This document shows, one piece after another, positions 34,186-37,489 of a stretch of DNA of 37,489 bases. Source of the stretch: Lachnospiraceae bacterium (lineage in GTDB: Bacteria; Bacillota; Clostridia; Lachnospirales; Lachnospiraceae); contig JAFOFP010000140.1 of NCBI GenBank assembly GCA_017387285.1, positions 1 through 37,489 of the forward strand, written 5' to 3'. The notes under the pieces are model-generated. The model made no database searches, was not told the DNA's origin, and worked only from the letters and a program-made list of their open reading frames with translations. Both the position numbers and the translations under genes were made by a program. Position 1 is the stretch's first letter. Each line of letters begins with the position of its first letter.

Positions 34186-35553
34186 TTAATCGATCACTGC
34201 ATTTTCCCTGACCAGCATAGCTCTCAGTTCCTTCACATCAATGGCTCTGGGAGGCACCTCTTTTTCGCAGGCCAACGCACATGCCGTTCCCGCTGCCTGA
34301 CCTACAGCCATACAGGTTGCCATTACACGGTAGGAACCGGAGGCCGCTTTCGTTCCGGATATGCATCTTCCGGCCACCAGCAGGTTTTCGATTCCCTTGG
34401 GGATCATGGTTTTGTAAGGGATACCATAACTCTGTCCCGTGTACTCACAGGCACAATGAGAGTCATTGGTGTGAACATCAATCATATATCCACCCACCGC
34501 GATGGAATCCTCAAACCGTCTTCCGGCATAAATATCCTGCTCGCTGAGGATATATTCTCCCTCAATTCTGCGGCTCTCACGGATCTGGATCTCGGGCTCC
34601 GAATCCGCCAGATATGCCTTCTCGCATCCGGGAACATGCTTTCTCAGAAACTCGAACAGGGCGATCATATTTTGATACTGGTGAATGGTCGCTGCCGTCA
34701 TACTCTCGGAGGAGGTACAATCCACGTGCTTGGAACGCAGCATATTGACTACGATGGCATTGGCATGAGGTACCGCCAGCAGCATAATACGGTCAATGAT
34801 CGGTGCATATTCACCCACAAAGGGGAACTGTTCGATCAACTCCGGCATCAGGAAAAACAGCTGAGTCGTCCGCAAAAATTCTTCTGTCTTTTCCTTGCCC
34901 GGTTTCATTCTCCAGTTGACAAAGGAATCGGGATTTGCCACAATAAACTCCCGCATCTTTCCCATATCCACATTCTCCATGCGGAACAGCAATGTGGGGG
35001 GCTGCAGATTTTCCAAGGTATTGAGGATTCTTGCTCCGGCAAAGTAGGACACGATTCCATCGCCGGTGGCATCGATCACCGTTTTTGCAAAATACAGTTG
35101 GCTCTCCGATTTTTTCTGAACCTTCAATCCCTTGATCACATTTCCGTCCATGATCACGTCGGTGATCTGAGCATACATCAGGATCTCAACACCGGCCTCC
35201 ACCAGCATCTCAATGATCACCTGCTTAACGATAGGACTGTTCAGCGGGCTCATGGAGTTGTGCCACATATCCGATAAATGATGACCCTCACAGCCGTTAT
35301 ACTGCTGCACCCGGTCAAGAAATTCCTGTGCATATCCCTTTACAATCTGATTGCTGTCGGAATCATGAAATCCCAGTACCAACAGACCGGAACTGAGAGC
35401 TCCTCCCAGATATCCTTTCCGCTCTACCACCAGCACACGCTTGCCATTTCGCGCCGCAGCCAATGCCGCCGTCCATCCGGCTGTTCCGCCGCCGGCAACA
35501 ATAACATCATAATTTTTCTTCTGCTGATCACAAACTGCCTGATAATCGATCAT
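34186..35553 (-). CDS. FAD-dependent oxidoreductase (PF12831-like, GidA/FixC-type dinucleotide fold)
   Basis: About 455 aa from the ATG at 35553 (AAGGAG 10 nt upstream; the ORF track starts at a GTG at 35562). N-terminal YDVIVAGGGTAGWTAALAAARNG and ERKGYLGG motifs. Confidence 0.78.
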   Translation of the reverse strand: MIDYQAVCDQQKKNYDVIVAGGGTAGWTAALAAARNGKRVLVVERKGYLGGALSSGLLVLGFHDSDSNQIVKGYAQEFLDRVQQYNGCEGHHLSDMWHNSMSPLNSPIVKQVIIEMLVEAGVEILMYAQITDVIMDGNVIKGLKVQKKSESQLYFAKTVIDATGDGIVSYFAGARILNTLENLQPPTLLFRMENVDMGKMREFIVANPDSFVNWRMKPGKEKTEEFLRTTQLFFLMPELIEQFPFVGEYAPIIDRIMLLAVPHANAIVVNMLRSKHVDCTSSESMTAATIHQYQNMIALFEFLRKHVPGCEKAYLADSEPEIQIRESRRIEGEYILSEQDIYAGRRFEDSIAVGGYMIDVHTNDSHCACEYTGQSYGIPYKTMIPKGIENLLVAGRCISGTKAASGSYRVMATCMAVGQAAGTACALACEKEVPPRAIDVKELRAMLVRENAVID

Positions 35554-35584
35554 TTCTCCCACTCTCCTTTTTATCTCGCTATGC

Positions 35585-36352
35585 TTATCCGATCTCCATC
35601 ATACATTCTTCCCAGCCGATTTTTCTGTCCACAATGGTATCCACCTGAAGCTGTCCCGAGGCCACCAATCGGAGGGCCCGACGAAAATCTTTATGAGGAC
35701 TCCCCGTCGATGAAGTGATCTCCTTTTCTCCATTGAGATCCAGCAGCTGAATCGGCACTTCTGTCCGGTTATTGACCAGATTGATCAACGTACCACGCTG
35801 TTTCAGCAAAGCCAGTGCTTTCTTTTGCGTACCGGTCTCTCCCACACAGTCGAAGATATATTTCACATCCCGACAATCGGTCGACTCCGGTCCATGAAAT
35901 ACCTGTCCTGCCCCGGCAAGTTTCAGCAGCTGTACCAACAGAAGACTCACCCCTCCGTCTCCGATCACCAGCACATCCTCGCCCAAAACCTCCTTTGCCT
36001 TCCCCACGGCAGACACTGCAAGGGAAACAAAGTTGAGGGCCGCCGCCACCTCATCGCTGACCTGATCGGGGATCGGATAAACCATGGAGGCCGGAATGCG
36101 CAGTTCTTCCTCCCCCTTATCTCGGATCCACCGCTTACTGTCACACAGATTTTCACGGCCGGCACGGCAATATTCACAGATTTCACAGCCGCGATAAGTG
36201 ATCACTGCAACCCGTTTACCCACCAGTGCTTCATCCAGACCGGTGCATGATGCAGTCACCACACCGGAAAAACCATAGGCTAGTTCCTTTTCTGACACTC
36301 TGGACCGAACCTTTACCATAACTTCCCGTTCTTTCAATAAAGCTGTATTCAT
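35585..36352 (-). CDS. truncated/degenerate MDR (zinc alcohol dehydrogenase-like) protein lacking the catalytic zinc site
   Basis: 255-aa ORF with its own GGGAGG RBS. It retains the structural-zinc lobe CEICEYCRAGRENLC. GFS replaces GHE, the N-terminal ~40 aa with the Cys ligand are absent, and the Rossmann motif is GDGGVS. Confidence 0.68.
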   Translation of the reverse strand: MNTALLKEREVMVKVRSRVSEKELAYGFSGVVTASCTGLDEALVGKRVAVITYRGCEICEYCRAGRENLCDSKRWIRDKGEEELRIPASMVYPIPDQVSDEVAAALNFVSLAVSAVGKAKEVLGEDVLVIGDGGVSLLLVQLLKLAGAGQVFHGPESTDCRDVKYIFDCVGETGTQKKALALLKQRGTLINLVNNRTEVPIQLLDLNGEKEITSSTGSPHKDFRRALRLVASGQLQVDTIVDRKIGWEECMMEIG

Positions 36353-36368
36353 CTCAACCTCCCGATGG

Positions 36369-37436
36369 TCATGGTCTCAGGACCACCTTCATGACATCAT
36401 TTCTCTTTTTATCCATCATCATATCAAATCCGTGCTGAACATCTTCCAAAGGAAGAACATGGGTAACCATGTCCTTGGCACGAATGATGCCTCTCTGAAT
36501 CAGATCGAGAGCCAGCAGACAGTCTTCATATCGATTGTTAGCCGAGGTGAGAATACGTCTCTCCCCTGAAAGGTCACTGAGGCGATAGGCAGACTGGGTT
36601 TCATTTGCCACCAGATTGACCAAGGTTCCGCCCTTTTTCAGTACATCCAGCGCCTGTCTCTGACTCTGTGCGGTTCCCACCGTGTCAAACACCACATCAG
36701 CTCCGCCCATCTCCCGCTTCACATAGGAAACCACATCCGCCTTTGATGCATCCACTGCATGGGCGATTCCCCACTTCTCAATCAGCTTCAACGGAAATTC
36801 ACATACATCGGTGCAGATGCTGGTACCTGCTCCGAAAGCCTGCACTGCCTGAATGATGGAAATTCCCACCGGTCCGCTTCCCAGTACAAGGACTTTTTGT
36901 CCCGGCTTGATGCCGGAAAGAGTCACTGCATGGATCGCCACACTGATGGGATCCAGGAGCGTCGCTTCCTCACAGGACACATCCTCGGGCAGTTCGATCA
37001 TGTTGGTGTACCACACCGGGCAAAGCTCTGCCATTCCTCCGGGGAAATAGTCCTGCTCTCCCCAACCGGCTCCATGTCCCAGATGCATGGTCTCCTTACA
37101 GAGATTATAGTTTCCGCTTCTGCAGGCCTCACACTGCCCACAGGTCTTAAAGGAAATGACAAAGACCCGCTTTCCCAACAAGTGCTCATACTCCGGGCGT
37201 TTGACCTCTTTTACCACACCGGCGATCTCGTGGCCGAAAATAATATTGGGCGGGTTGGGGATCACCTTTCCCAAGGTGTGCAGTGCCCAGGGATTTTCTC
37301 CCATGTAATATCGTATATCACTGCCACAAATTCCGCAGGCTTTGACATCCAACAGGGCAAAGGTCTCGTCCGCCACCGGCTCCGGAACATCCTCCACTCG
37401 CAGTGTCCATGGTTTTTTCAGTACAGCAGCCTTCAT
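36369..37436 (-). CDS. MDR-family zinc-dependent alcohol/polyol dehydrogenase (sorbitol/threonine dehydrogenase-like)
   Basis: 355 aa from the ATG at 37436 (GGAGG 8 nt upstream). It has the catalytic Cys (GICGSD), GHE, the structural zinc motif CGQCEACRSGNYNLC and Rossmann GSGPVG. Confidence 0.88.
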   Translation of the reverse strand: MKAAVLKKPWTLRVEDVPEPVADETFALLDVKACGICGSDIRYYMGENPWALHTLGKVIPNPPNIIFGHEIAGVVKEVKRPEYEHLLGKRVFVISFKTCGQCEACRSGNYNLCKETMHLGHGAGWGEQDYFPGGMAELCPVWYTNMIELPEDVSCEEATLLDPISVAIHAVTLSGIKPGQKVLVLGSGPVGISIIQAVQAFGAGTSICTDVCEFPLKLIEKWGIAHAVDASKADVVSYVKREMGGADVVFDTVGTAQSQRQALDVLKKGGTLVNLVANETQSAYRLSDLSGERRILTSANNRYEDCLLALDLIQRGIIRAKDMVTHVLPLEDVQHGFDMMMDKKRNDVMKVVLRP

Positions 37437-37453
37437 CACATCTACCTCCTTTA

Positions 37454-37477
37454 AAATTGATGTACGTACATCAATTT
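37454..37477. promoter_or_regulatory. perfect 24-bp palindrome immediately upstream of the MDR operon RBS (candidate operator)
   Basis: AAATTGATGTAC|GTACATCAATTT lies 5 nt from the GGAGG. On the minus strand a TACAAT (37483-37478) directly precedes it. Any -35 would lie at or beyond the window edge. Confidence 0.5.
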
Positions 37478-37489
37478 ATTGTAAAAAAA

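Noticed and set aside
1-37489. CRISPR arrays, rRNA genes, insertion sequences, integrases/transposases, phage or defence-system genes.
   Set aside because: No regularly spaced direct repeats, no recombinase-like ORFs and no terminal inverted repeats were seen in any intergenic region. The only repeated DNA I found is the spoVT 5' duplication.

Overview
This window looks like a chromosomal segment of an endospore-forming Firmicute (class Clostridia style). Coding density is high and most of the sequence appears to be about 50-57% GC, judged by eye and not computed. On the minus strand I recognise the conserved sporulation and cell-division backbone known from Bacillus and Clostridium: spoVT, hup, yabO-yabP-yabQ-divIC at 16.5-18.9 kb, then spoIIE, tilS, hpt, ftsH at 0-4.6 kb. 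Accessory genes are interleaved with it. These include a Lit-like/PBP5 fusion, trmB, an orphan lipoprotein, an AsrC-like sulfite reductase, tRNA-Lys(CTT) with a RelBE toxin-antitoxin pair, a SorC-regulated aldolase/reductase module and a ZIP transporter. Upstream of spoVT lies a visibly AT-richer patch (about 18.96-23.5 kb). It carries a CLC-type channel/antiporter, an AraC regulator plus an AraC fragment, and a ThuA-like / Gfo-Idh-MocA pair. The rest of the window holds a MATE exporter, a FecBCD-type ABC importer operon ending in a SirC-like gene, and a second SorC-regulated operon (G1P-dehydrogenase-like, RpiB, MATE). It ends with a split ChrA pair and an operon of two MDR dehydrogenases (one degenerate) plus a PF12831-like FAD oxidoreductase, preceded by a perfect 24-bp palindrome. 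I found no CRISPR array, rRNA gene, transposase, integrase or recognisable defence system. The most unusual feature is a diverged second copy of the spoVT promoter, RBS and first 10 codons. Together with the real copy it brackets the CLC cassette, and it is followed by a terminator/antiterminator-like RNA structure. All functional calls rest on motif and family recognition by eye; no searches were run.
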